A DNA stretch of 64,000 nt. Source: an uncultured Anaerolineales bacterium (lineage in GTDB: Bacteria; Chloroflexota; Anaerolineae; B4-G1; SLSP01). The notes beneath the pieces were generated by a model. It ran no database searches and was not told where the DNA came from. It saw only the letters and a list, made by a program, of their open reading frames with translations. This document shows, piece by piece, positions 49,364 to 58,172 of the stretch (the stretch's first letter is position 1; every line of letters starts with the position of its first letter). The position numbers were made by a program, and so were the translations under genes. The stretch lies in assembly GCA_964504195.1 (NCBI GenBank), contig CAZDDI010000004.1:23328-87327 (forward strand), given 5' to 3'.

Positions 49364-52300
49364 ATGACACCAGAAACCACCCATAGCACCACTGACCTGC
49401 TCGCCTATCTCGATGGCGAATTGAGCGAGCGCGACCAGGCGCGCGTTACCGCGCACCTGGCAACGTGTGCCGCCTGCGCCGCCGAGCTGGCCCAGCTGCG
49501 CGCGCTGCGCGGCGACCTGCGCGCCACGCTCGATGTCGCGCTCGCGCCGGTGCAGCTCTCCCGCGTCGCCGATGCCCGCATCCGTGAGGCGCTGCGCCAC
49601 CGCAACGAGCGCCCCGCCTGGCTGCTCACCTTCTGGCGGCAGCGCGGCCTCACCGTGCAAGCCCTCATGGCCGTGCTGGTGTTGGCCTTCAGCCTCAACC
49701 TCTTCCCCACGCTCCAGGCCGGGCCGGCGCAGCCCAGCACTGCCACCGAAACCGTCGTCCTGAACCAGGAACGCCTGATCCCCGGCAGCGAGGCCGCCGT
49801 GCGCGTCATCGTCCGCTCCGCTGAGAACGCCCTGCCCTTGCTCGGCGCACAGATCACCGTGCTGCTCGCGCCGCGCGGCGGCGCAGCGCGCCCCGTCTAC
49901 ACCGGCGCGACCGGCGCGGGCGGCACTGCCGACATCGCCTTCACCGTCCCCGCCGACCTTACCGGCGCGGCCAACCTCATCATCGAAACGCGCACCCCGG
50001 CGGGCCAGGAGCGCATCGTGCGCCCCATCACCATCGCCCGCAGCTATCGCCTCTACCTCAGCAGCGACAAGCCCGCCTACCGCCCCGGCCAATCCCTCTA
50101 CGTCCGCGCCCTCGCGCTCGACGCGCTGGATTACCTCCCGCCCACCGGCGCGCAAGTCACGTTCACCTTGCTAGGACCAGCGCGCCAGCAGCTCTGGCAG
50201 ACCCAGGCTGCCGTGTCCGAGTTCGGCGCGGCCGATGCCGTTACCGACCTGCCCCTCACCGCGCCCACCGGGACGTACACCCTGCGCGTTACGCTCGGCG
50301 ATACCATCTCCGAGCGCACCCTCACCGTCGGCCAATATCGCCTGCCCGCCTACCAGCTCACCCTCACCCCCGACCGCGCCTTCTACCAGCCCGGCGACCG
50401 CGTGACCGGCGTACTAGAAGCGGCCTACTTCTTCGGGAAGCCGGTGGCTGCCGCGCAAGTCGTACTACACGGCGTCGCCGCCGGCAACCAGGCCCTGGAT
50501 TTGCGCGGCGTCACCGATGCGCAAGGCCGGTTCGCCTTCGCTTTCAATTTGCCCCTTACTTTTGGCGATCCGGAGCCGCGCACGCCGCAGCCCTTCACGT
50601 TGGAAGCGCGCGTCACCGATGTCGTCGGGCAGGTGGAGGGGGTGCGGCACACGCTGCCCGTCGCCGCGCAAGGCGTGCTGCTGCGCGCCCTGCCGGAGGG
50701 CGGCGTGCTCCGCCCCGGCGTCGAGAACACACTCTTCATCCTCGCCGCGCATCCCGACGGCAGCCCCGCCCCGGCAACGCTGCTCGTGACCCTTGACCGC
50801 ACCGCGTACACTCTACGCACCGACGCCTACGGCCTCGCCATGCTGACCTTCACCCCCGCGCAGGCCACTACGCCCATCGCCATCACTGCCCAGGCTGATA
50901 GCGGCGCGACCGGCCAGACGCAGCTCACGCTCACCGGCGATACGGCCCAGCAGCAGCTCCTCCTCCGCGCCGAGCGCGCACTCTACCGCGCTGGCGAAAC
51001 CCTGCGCGTAGAGGCGCTCACCGCCGGGCTGGATGCGTTGCCCGATCCCACGCTCTACCTTGACATCGCGCGCGCCGGACAGACCGTTGCCCTGCTCTCC
51101 GCGCCGCTCCAGGGTGGGCGGGCCGTGTTCGCGCTCGATCTCGAACCGGGGTGGGTGGGTGCGCTTGAGCTGCGCGCCTACGCCCTGCTTCCCGATGGCC
51201 GCCGGGTGACAGATACCCGCCTGATCGTCGTAGACCCACCCAGCGGCGTGGATGTCGCCATCACCGCCGACGCGCCCCAGTACCGCCCCGGCGCCACCGC
51301 CGCCCTCACCGTGCAAACCACGCTCGCCGCCACCGGCGTCCCCGTGCAGGCCGCGCTGGGGCTGGTCGCCGTGGATGAATCTGTCTACGCCCTGGATACC
51401 CTGCCGCCGGGCTTCGCGCGCGCGTACCTGCTGCTGGAAAAAGACCTGTTCACCCGCGCCGGTAGCGTTCCCGGCTTCGATGCCGCCGCGCTCCGCGCCA
51501 GCGAAGACCTCGCTGCGCGCGCGGCATGGGCCGAGCTGCCCGGCGCAGCAGTGCTGACCACGTCACGGATTACCTCGCCCGCGCCCCCTGCACCGCCGCT
51601 CTCCCCCGCGCAAGTGCTGGCGCTTACCCTCACGCTCGCGCTACTGGCGATGCTGCTTACCATTGGCATAATCCGGGGATTGCAACCGGCAGGTGTGTTG
51701 CCCCACGCACTGCGCCGCGTCAGCGTGGGCTTTGTGATACTCACTCTGGCCGGATGGCTGGTGTTTGGCCTGCTCGCCGGGGTGCTCTGGCTGTTGCAAG
51801 CCTGGCTGGGGGGGCTAACGCTCCTGAGCCTGCTGGGGACGCTGCTCGCGCTTCCCTGGCTGTGGCTCGTTATCGCAGGCTGGCGGCGCGGGGATGCACG
51901 CTTGCAAATCACTACCGGCCTCCTGGCGGCTTATCTGGTGTTGCTGATAGGGCTGGTGTGGGCGACGGGGCAAAACGTCCCCATCAGCGCACTGCTCATC
52001 GCGCTGGTCACGCTCAGCTATCTGGCAATCATTGCGACAGTGGCGCTGCTGGGCCAGGGCCTCATCCTCGAAGGTCAACGCGGGCTGGGCTGGCTCACCA
52101 CCGCCTTCGCGCTGCTACTCATCGTGGCAGCGTTGGGCTTGCCGCTGATCTCCGGCCTGGCTTCCGACCTGAGCCGCACGCTGGGACATCCCGCGCTCTA
52201 CGCCGGGCCGGTGGGATGGATTACTGGCTGTGGCGCACCGGCCACCTACGCGCCAGTAGCGACGGAAGCCCCAGCCACCCAAACCCCGCAAGCGACCACA

Positions 52301-52867
52301 GAAGCGCCTGTGATTGTGCCTACGACAGAGGCCACCCCACCGCCGGCCCCTACCGCTACACCGCTCGCGCCGCCCGCCGAACCCTGGCCGCTGCGGCAGC
52401 TCTTCCCGGAAACGCTCTACTGGCAGCCGCAGGCGCTCACGGATGAGCATGGGCAGCTTGCGTTGACCCTGCCGCTGGCGGATAACATCACCACCTGGCG
52501 CTTCACCGCGCTGGCCTCCACCCGCTCCGGCGACCTGGGCGCAGCGACCTACGATATCGTTGTCTTCCAGGATTTCTTCATCGAACTAGCCCTGCCGGAC
52601 GTTATCCGCGCAGGCGCACCACTCACTGTGACGGCCACGCTCTACAACTTCCTACCGGAAGCGCAGAACGTGCAGCTGACCCCCACCCCCGCCGATTGGT
52701 ACACCTTGCTCGCTGCGCCGGAAGCGTTGCGCATTGAAGCGCAAGGCGTGACCACCGCCACACTGCGCATCCGCCCAGAGCAGGGCGGCACATACACATT
52801 GCAAATACACGCCGCTGGCGCACGCATGTCCGATGGTATCGCCGTTCCGGTCACAGTGGAACCCTGA
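49364..52867 (+). CDS. Anti-sigma factor (zf-HC2, TM) fused to alpha-2-macroglobulin-like MG domains, with an internal polytopic TM block
   Basis: HLATCAACAAEL; MG2-like DKPAYRPGQSLYVRA, DRAFYQPGDRVTG; 5-7 TM helices at aa ~740-1010; C-terminal A2M motif LFPETLYWQP. Confidence 0.65.
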   Translation: MTPETTHSTTDLLAYLDGELSERDQARVTAHLATCAACAAELAQLRALRGDLRATLDVALAPVQLSRVADARIREALRHRNERPAWLLTFWRQRGLTVQALMAVLVLAFSLNLFPTLQAGPAQPSTATETVVLNQERLIPGSEAAVRVIVRSAENALPLLGAQITVLLAPRGGAARPVYTGATGAGGTADIAFTVPADLTGAANLIIETRTPAGQERIVRPITIARSYRLYLSSDKPAYRPGQSLYVRALALDALDYLPPTGAQVTFTLLGPARQQLWQTQAAVSEFGAADAVTDLPLTAPTGTYTLRVTLGDTISERTLTVGQYRLPAYQLTLTPDRAFYQPGDRVTGVLEAAYFFGKPVAAAQVVLHGVAAGNQALDLRGVTDAQGRFAFAFNLPLTFGDPEPRTPQPFTLEARVTDVVGQVEGVRHTLPVAAQGVLLRALPEGGVLRPGVENTLFILAAHPDGSPAPATLLVTLDRTAYTLRTDAYGLAMLTFTPAQATTPIAITAQADSGATGQTQLTLTGDTAQQQLLLRAERALYRAGETLRVEALTAGLDALPDPTLYLDIARAGQTVALLSAPLQGGRAVFALDLEPGWVGALELRAYALLPDGRRVTDTRLIVVDPPSGVDVAITADAPQYRPGATAALTVQTTLAATGVPVQAALGLVAVDESVYALDTLPPGFARAYLLLEKDLFTRAGSVPGFDAAALRASEDLAARAAWAELPGAAVLTTSRITSPAPPAPPLSPAQVLALTLTLALLAMLLTIGIIRGLQPAGVLPHALRRVSVGFVILTLAGWLVFGLLAGVLWLLQAWLGGLTLLSLLGTLLALPWLWLVIAGWRRGDARLQITTGLLAAYLVLLIGLVWATGQNVPISALLIALVTLSYLAIIATVALLGQGLILEGQRGLGWLTTAFALLLIVAALGLPLISGLASDLSRTLGHPALYAGPVGWITGCGAPATYAPVATEAPATQTPQATTEAPVIVPTTEATPPPAPTATPLAPPAEPWPLRQLFPETLYWQPQALTDEHGQLALTLPLADNITTWRFTALASTRSGDLGAATYDIVVFQDFFIELALPDVIRAGAPLTVTATLYNFLPEAQNVQLTPTPADWYTLLAAPEALRIEAQGVTTATLRIRPEQGGTYTLQIHAAGARMSDGIAVPVTVEP

Positions 52868-52892
52868 TACGCTGCAAAACGTCTATTCTAAG

Positions 52893-53042
52893 CAGATCAC
52901 AAATCTGTACTGTGGGCCGTCCGCGAATAGGGCCACAAATACACGAATGAATCTGAAACGGAGTAAATTCGTGTATTCGTGAACAAATTCGTGGACGGCA
53001 GACAAGCCCGTTACCCCAATTCATTAAACCTGTGATCTACTG
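52893..53042. mobile_element. MITE-like repeat copy B with terminal inverted repeats (cAGATCACAaa ... cctgTGATCTactg)
   Basis: Internal ACACGAAT/ATTCGTGT hairpin + ATTCGTGGACGGCAGACAAGCCCG, matching copy A. Confidence 0.55.
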
Positions 53043-53103
53043 ATTCTGTATTCCGTAGTGCGTATACGTCCAGAAAATTCGCTGACTCGCAGAGGAGATT
53101 ATC

Positions 53104-53484
53104 ATGCCCGCTCATACGCCCGTCCCATTGCAAACACGGCTAAAACGCTGGTTGATTTCGGGGTTGGCCTTCATCACCAGCGTAGCCTGCACCGTGCTGG
53201 GCATTGATCTTGGTCCGCCCACGCCGATGTGCTACGAGGCGCCGGCCTACACCCCCACGCCACAAATCCTATGTTATGAGCCGACCATACCCCCACCCAC
53301 ACCGGTCAGAGCTACTCACAAGACCGCGCTTCCCAATTTGCCTAAAGCGACCCAAATCGAATGCTACATCATCTCACCCGAAATTTTGCTCACGCCCACG
53401 CCTGAACCGGAGAGCCGCGACGCGCTGCGCGAGCGGCTGCTGGCGGAAGGCCGCTTCCCGGCGGATGTGGCGCGGGAGTTGTGA
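53104..53484 (+). CDS. Membrane-anchored Pro/Thr-rich protein with three Cys-Tyr motifs (CYE, CYE, CYI); putative substrate of the downstream rSAM enzyme
   Basis: RBS GAGGAG; TM helix WLISGLAFITSVACTVLGI; repeats MCYEAPAYTPTP / LCYEPTIPPPTP / ECYIISPE. Confidence 0.55.
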   Translation: MPAHTPVPLQTRLKRWLISGLAFITSVACTVLGIDLGPPTPMCYEAPAYTPTPQILCYEPTIPPPTPVRATHKTALPNLPKATQIECYIISPEILLTPTPEPESRDALRERLLAEGRFPADVAREL

Positions 53485-53486
53485 GG

Positions 53487-54602
53487 ATGGCGTTCAAACG
53501 CACCCTGGCTAATTGGAAGCGCCGCCTGGATGCGGAACAGGCGCGACTTACCGGGCGCTGGTCGGCGGAGCTCGGCCCGCACTTCATCCTGGAACTCACG
53601 CCGCGCTGCAATCAGGACTGCCGCTATTGCTACAATGTGTGGAAGCTGCGCCCGGAGCTCGCCGCAGCCCCGCTCGATGCCGCTGGCTGGTGTGCGCTCA
53701 TCGCCAAATTGCAGGCCGAGACCGGTTGCACCCGCGTCACATTCTCCGGCGGGGAGCCGCTGCTGCATCCCGGTTTCCGTGAGATTCTGGCCTTTTGCGC
53801 CCAACGTGGCCTGGAAAGCACCCTCATCTCCAACGGCGGGCTGCTGGATGACGCCATGTTGGCTTTGTGCATGGCGCAGGGCGTGCGGATGTTCGAACTG
53901 ACGCTGCTGGGGCGGGATGCCGCCACGCATGACGCGCTCACGCGGACGCCGGGTAGCTGGGAGCGCGCGCTGCAAGCCATGACGCGCCTCTACAAAACCG
54001 GGGCGACCTGGTGTGGGGTCTTTGTCGCCACGCGGGACAACATCCACCAAACCCGTGAGACGCTGGAAATGATGATCGCGCTGGGCGCCAGCGCACTCAT
54101 GTTCAACCGGTTCAATCCCGGCGGCGAAGGCTCACGGCATCTGGACTTGATGCCTACGGGGGCGCAGGTGCAGACGGCGCTGGGCGTGGTGGACGAACTC
54201 GCGGCAACCTACGGGCTGCTGGCTTCGGCCTCGATTCCCATCATGCCATGTCTCATCAACACTACGCCCTATACGCACGTTTACTTTGGGTTTTGCGCGG
54301 CGGGACGCGAGAACGCCTATCCCACGCTCGGCCCGGATGGGCGCGTGCGTCCGTGCAATCACAGCGCCACGGTGCTGGGCGATTTTCGCGCACAACCGAT
54401 GGCAAAAATTCTGGCCTCACCCGCGCTCAAAGCGTTTACCGCAGCCGCGCCGGACATCTGCAAGCCCTGCCCCGGCCTGGAAACGTGCCGCGCCGGATGT
54501 CGCGCCGCAGCGGAAGTCTGTTTCGGCTCAGTGGCACAGCCAGAACCCTGGCTGCGGGAGAACTTCGATCCCGGCAGGCTTTACAGCGCGGGGAACCGCT
54601 GA
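53487..54602 (+). CDS. Radical SAM / SPASM-domain peptide-modifying enzyme
   Basis: CNQDCRYC (Cx3Cx2C); C-terminal CKPCPGLETCRAGC (Cx2Cx5Cx3C) plus upstream Cys; overlaps upstream ORF (alternative GTG at 53481). Confidence 0.8.
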   Translation: MAFKRTLANWKRRLDAEQARLTGRWSAELGPHFILELTPRCNQDCRYCYNVWKLRPELAAAPLDAAGWCALIAKLQAETGCTRVTFSGGEPLLHPGFREILAFCAQRGLESTLISNGGLLDDAMLALCMAQGVRMFELTLLGRDAATHDALTRTPGSWERALQAMTRLYKTGATWCGVFVATRDNIHQTRETLEMMIALGASALMFNRFNPGGEGSRHLDLMPTGAQVQTALGVVDELAATYGLLASASIPIMPCLINTTPYTHVYFGFCAAGRENAYPTLGPDGRVRPCNHSATVLGDFRAQPMAKILASPALKAFTAAAPDICKPCPGLETCRAGCRAAAEVCFGSVAQPEPWLRENFDPGRLYSAGNR

Positions 54603-54756
54603 AATCAACAGGCTTTCCCCGCATAGCGAACTCTTCGGCAGACTCAGGGGATAAAGCACATCTAAAATCGGTGCAAACCCGTTTCTATAGGCTTTCTGGT
54701 GAACAGATAGCAACCGAGTTACCTGTATAGTTATCGTTACACAATTCATTGTCAGT

Positions 54757-54790
54757 GCGTGAACTTTTCCCCTCCTCCGTGCATGTAACC
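54757..54790 (+). promoter_or_regulatory. Second copy of ECF-type promoter motif GCGTGAAC-N16-GCATGTAACC upstream of DUF4349 gene
   Basis: Same spacing as 48538-48569; ~30 nt upstream of RBS AGGAGGAG. Confidence 0.5.
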
Positions 54791-54819
54791 ATCAGAATCG
54801 CATTCACAGGAGGAGAACG

Positions 54820-55785
54820 ATGCATCGTATATGGCTACTCAGTATATTGGCTTTGGTGATCTTGCTATCCGCTTGCGGGCAAGCCACACCCCCACCCGTC
54901 CGCGCAACGATAGCACCGGCAACGCAAGAGCCTTATGTTGCTGCGACAATGGAAGCACCCCCAGAGATACCGGCTACTCCCATGCCGACGCCCGTTGGTG
55001 ATCCGGCGCTCCAACAGGCTCGCAACGCCGGAAGCACCCTGCCAGATACCGACTACCGCGCCAACCGGCTCATCATCAAGAACGCCGAAATGATACTGCT
55101 GGTGGAAGATACCGATAATGCCATTGACCGGTTGACCCAGATTGCAGGCGATACGGGTGGCTACATTCTCAGCTCACGGGTCTGGTATCGGGAGTGGCTC
55201 GGCACAAACTACAAGTACGCCACGGTTACGCTCAGCGTTCCATCGGGACAGTTCGAGGTAGCGATGCGCCGGTTGCGCGTCCTAGCACTCCGCGTGCTCG
55301 ACGAAAACGCCTCCGGGCAGGATGTTACGGATGAGTATGTAGACCTGGAATCGCGCCTGCGCAACCTCCAGGCTACCCGTGATCGCATCCGCAGCTTCCT
55401 GGAACAAGCCGAAAATGTAGAAGAAGCGCTGGAGGTCAACCGGCAACTGGGGGCAGTGGAGGCCGACATCGAGCAAGTGCAGGGGCGGATGAACTATCTC
55501 TTCGACCGGGCGGCCTACTCCACCATCACCGTCTCGCTGGAACCGGATTTACCAGAACCGCCGCCCACACCGACGCCGACGCCCACCCCTACACCAACGC
55601 CTATACCACCCTGGTCGCCCGCACCCACAGCGGAAGCAGCCGGGAAGACGCTAACCCTGATCTTGCAAGTATTGGTCGAAATCGGTATCTGGCTCGGTAT
55701 CGTGATGTTGCCGCTGGTCGGGCCGCCGCTGCTCATCATCTGGGGCATCTGGCGCATCTATCAGCGCAAGTCGCGCCGCGCGTAA
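54820..55785 (+). CDS. DUF4349-domain lipoprotein with (PT)n linker and C-terminal TM anchor
   Basis: Lipobox LLSAC; PTPTPTPTPTPTPIP; DUF4349 is often found with anti-sigma factors. Confidence 0.6.
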   Translation: MHRIWLLSILALVILLSACGQATPPPVRATIAPATQEPYVAATMEAPPEIPATPMPTPVGDPALQQARNAGSTLPDTDYRANRLIIKNAEMILLVEDTDNAIDRLTQIAGDTGGYILSSRVWYREWLGTNYKYATVTLSVPSGQFEVAMRRLRVLALRVLDENASGQDVTDEYVDLESRLRNLQATRDRIRSFLEQAENVEEALEVNRQLGAVEADIEQVQGRMNYLFDRAAYSTITVSLEPDLPEPPPTPTPTPTPTPTPIPPWSPAPTAEAAGKTLTLILQVLVEIGIWLGIVMLPLVGPPLLIIWGIWRIYQRKSRRA

Positions 55786-55913
55786 GCGCCAAAGAAAGCC
55801 CGGCCAGTTTTTAGAAACCTGGCCGGGCTGCGTATCTGCCAATGCAAGTCACCCCGTGGATAAATATCCCCAAAAAGACCTGCCAGGTTTCAGAAAACCT
55901 GGCAGGTCTGTGT

Positions 55914-57857
55914 TTAATCTATCATGCTCAGCCGCGCCTCGATATCAGCCTTGACCTGAGCGATAGCGGCTTTGTACTCCGCCTCCTTATGCCCCAGAGC
56001 CTTGAGTTGCTCCTCACTGCTCTCGAGCTGCTCGACATAGCGCGCTCGCAGCGCGCCTTCTTTGCCAGTCTGCGATAGTGCGCCCATGTTGCCCTGAATC
56101 TGCTGCTGGGCGGTATAAATTTTAGTCCGCTCGGTCTCCAACTCCGCGAGTTTCTTCTCGTAATCGGCAATGGTATCCCATAGCATCAACAGCTTGGAGA
56201 CCTGATCAAGCACATGCTGATCCAACAAACCCTGTTTGAGATAGCGCTGCAAACCCGCGTAAGATTGCCGTTGCAGTTCCTCTTGCCGCCGGGTGAGTTG
56301 GCGCTCCTGCACCTTGAACGTGGTTTCGCTCTGCGGCACAACCGTGACCGCAAAGCGCAGCATCTCGTCAGTACGCTCTTTGGGCTGTGGCGTATCAAAA
56401 AGATCATAAGCCGTGTTACGCGGGTGCTCGATCAGCACTGTGACCGGGCGCGCGGTGGTATTAGTGAGCCGGTAGTCCTGCCGCCGTATCTGCCACTCCT
56501 CAAATTGCAAATACGCGCCTTTCAAATCGAGGCGGCGGATTTCACGGCTGTTGATGCTCTGCTCGCTGATTTTGACGCCGAGCTCGACGGCATAGGGCAC
56601 CACCACTTCGCCGCCAGTCACGGTAAAGGGCAGCACAGCCTCGCCCACATACTCGCCACCTTCAATGACCGTGACCGGGCCACGCTCCAGCGTGAGGCCC
56701 ACAGTGTTGCGCAGACGCAATGTCGCCACCGGATGCGCCGGGAGCTTCCGCCCGTTGTAGAGCAAGTCCTTGTGGAAATCCAAATCAGACGCAATGATAG
56801 GCACCATCGCCGACTGCCCCCGACCCACCGTCACCGGCGTTTCGATGCTATACTGGAAGAGCTCGCCTAGCTCTGCACCTTTTGTGGTTACTTGCGCGGC
56901 CTCGGACAACGCGGCGCGGGACATCGGCTCAGGCGCTGCCATCGCCTGCATCTTCGCCATACCCAGCCCCGCGCCCAACCCCATGTGGGCGGGCGGTGCT
57001 TCAGGAATAGCACCCCGGAATGACTCAGCCTCGAACTCCACTGGCGCAGCGGCCACACGGGCTTCTTCTTCGACCACGGGACGCTTGGGGGTAAAGGGGG
57101 TGTATAAATCATAGACAAACGAAATCGGCATACCCGCGACCAGCGATAGCGAGATACCTTTGAGATCTTCTTCCAGGCGATTGTCGAAGATACCCCATCC
57201 CTGGAGCAGGGCCTTGCCCGCACCCTCGGCGTCGGGCGGATCGGCAACCAGGCGATAGCTGACCCGCCAGGTGGGCGCGGGAGCGATGTAGCTCACGCTG
57301 AGCTCGTGCCCGCCGGGGGTCAGGCGGATGGTGACGCTGCGGTAGAGCTCCTGGCTGAGCGCAGTCTGGAGGAAAAAGCGTAAATCGCCCGCGCCGCGCT
57401 CATCGAGGATTTCCACGCCCTGCACCCGACCCAGTGGCGCAACGGCAACCTGTGCGCCCGCGTCACGCAACACCGAGACCAGGGCTGTCGCCAGCGGTTG
57501 TTCATCGTCCACTTCGTCCAGCCCCAACAGAATACCCGCCAGCGCTTCCTCCTGATCGAGCAAGAGGCGTACCTGCCGCCCGCGCAAGCCCACGAGCAGA
57601 TCGCGCAAGCTGCGAGCATCATCCAACCGGATCGAGCAGCCCGCCAAACGCTCTTCACGGCTCTGTGGGGTGGCGTAATCAACGCCCAACACCCGCCCAC
57701 CGCCCCAATCAATTGCGGTGAGACTTTTGAGGATGTCGTTCATTTCTTCCACGCGGAAAGAGAGCTCTACTTCCTCGCCTTCAAACTGCGCCCGGCGCTC
57801 GAAAAAACCCACGCCGTGCTTGTACAACGTCATCCGTGTAATGGGCAAATGCTGCAT
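55914..57857 (-). CDS. DUF4140/DUF4139-family protein (MuiA-like)
   Basis: Start MQHLPITRMTLYKHGVGFFER with RBS GGAGGAACC; TTCGCCATTTTCAAAGGAGG leader. Confidence 0.6.
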   Translation of the reverse strand: MQHLPITRMTLYKHGVGFFERRAQFEGEEVELSFRVEEMNDILKSLTAIDWGGGRVLGVDYATPQSREERLAGCSIRLDDARSLRDLLVGLRGRQVRLLLDQEEALAGILLGLDEVDDEQPLATALVSVLRDAGAQVAVAPLGRVQGVEILDERGAGDLRFFLQTALSQELYRSVTIRLTPGGHELSVSYIAPAPTWRVSYRLVADPPDAEGAGKALLQGWGIFDNRLEEDLKGISLSLVAGMPISFVYDLYTPFTPKRPVVEEEARVAAAPVEFEAESFRGAIPEAPPAHMGLGAGLGMAKMQAMAAPEPMSRAALSEAAQVTTKGAELGELFQYSIETPVTVGRGQSAMVPIIASDLDFHKDLLYNGRKLPAHPVATLRLRNTVGLTLERGPVTVIEGGEYVGEAVLPFTVTGGEVVVPYAVELGVKISEQSINSREIRRLDLKGAYLQFEEWQIRRQDYRLTNTTARPVTVLIEHPRNTAYDLFDTPQPKERTDEMLRFAVTVVPQSETTFKVQERQLTRRQEELQRQSYAGLQRYLKQGLLDQHVLDQVSKLLMLWDTIADYEKKLAELETERTKIYTAQQQIQGNMGALSQTGKEGALRARYVEQLESSEEQLKALGHKEAEYKAAIAQVKADIEARLSMID

Positions 57858-57871
57858 GGTTCCTCCTTTGA

Positions 57872-57892
57872 AAATGGCGAATCGCAAATGGT
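57872..57892 (-). promoter_or_regulatory. 5'-leader motif TTTGCGATTCGCCATTTTCAAAGGAGG (copy 4)
   Basis: Same family as 13046, 33772, 35147. Confidence 0.45.
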
Positions 57893-58030
57893 GTGTTTCA
57901 TTTTTTCATTTCAGTTATGGAACGAAGACTGGCACGGTCGGAGACCGACCTGAGCGTGCTGGGGCCGATCTTTGACCGCGCCCCGCTCAACCCAAATGAA
58001 ACACCTCCGCTACATTCTAGTTGAGAGTAC

Positions 58031-58164
58031 AGGTGCAACGCACTTTAAGTCCCCAAAACACCGATTTTTACACGAATATCGGCGCGGTTTTTCGGCCAAG
58101 TGCGTTGCACCTAACGATTGATTCGTGTATTCGCAGACAGCCCAGCACAGATCTGTGATCTACT
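58031..58164. mobile_element. MITE-like repeat copy C (internally deleted variant; 14-bp IR aggtgcaacgcact/agtgcgttgcacct)
   Basis: TACACGAATA...ATTCGTGTATTCGCAGACAGCCC...CTGTGATCTACTG. Confidence 0.5.
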
Positions 58165-58172
58165 GGGTCTTC

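Noticed and set aside
49343-50155. 270-aa minus ORF and other antisense ORFs within the anti-sigma/A2M gene
   Set aside because: Gly/Ala/Arg-rich antisense frames with no homology.
58060-58170. Possible CRISPR array suggested by recurring hairpin repeats
   Set aside because: The repeats are dispersed MITE/REP-like copies with no regular repeat-spacer periodicity, and there are no cas genes in the window.
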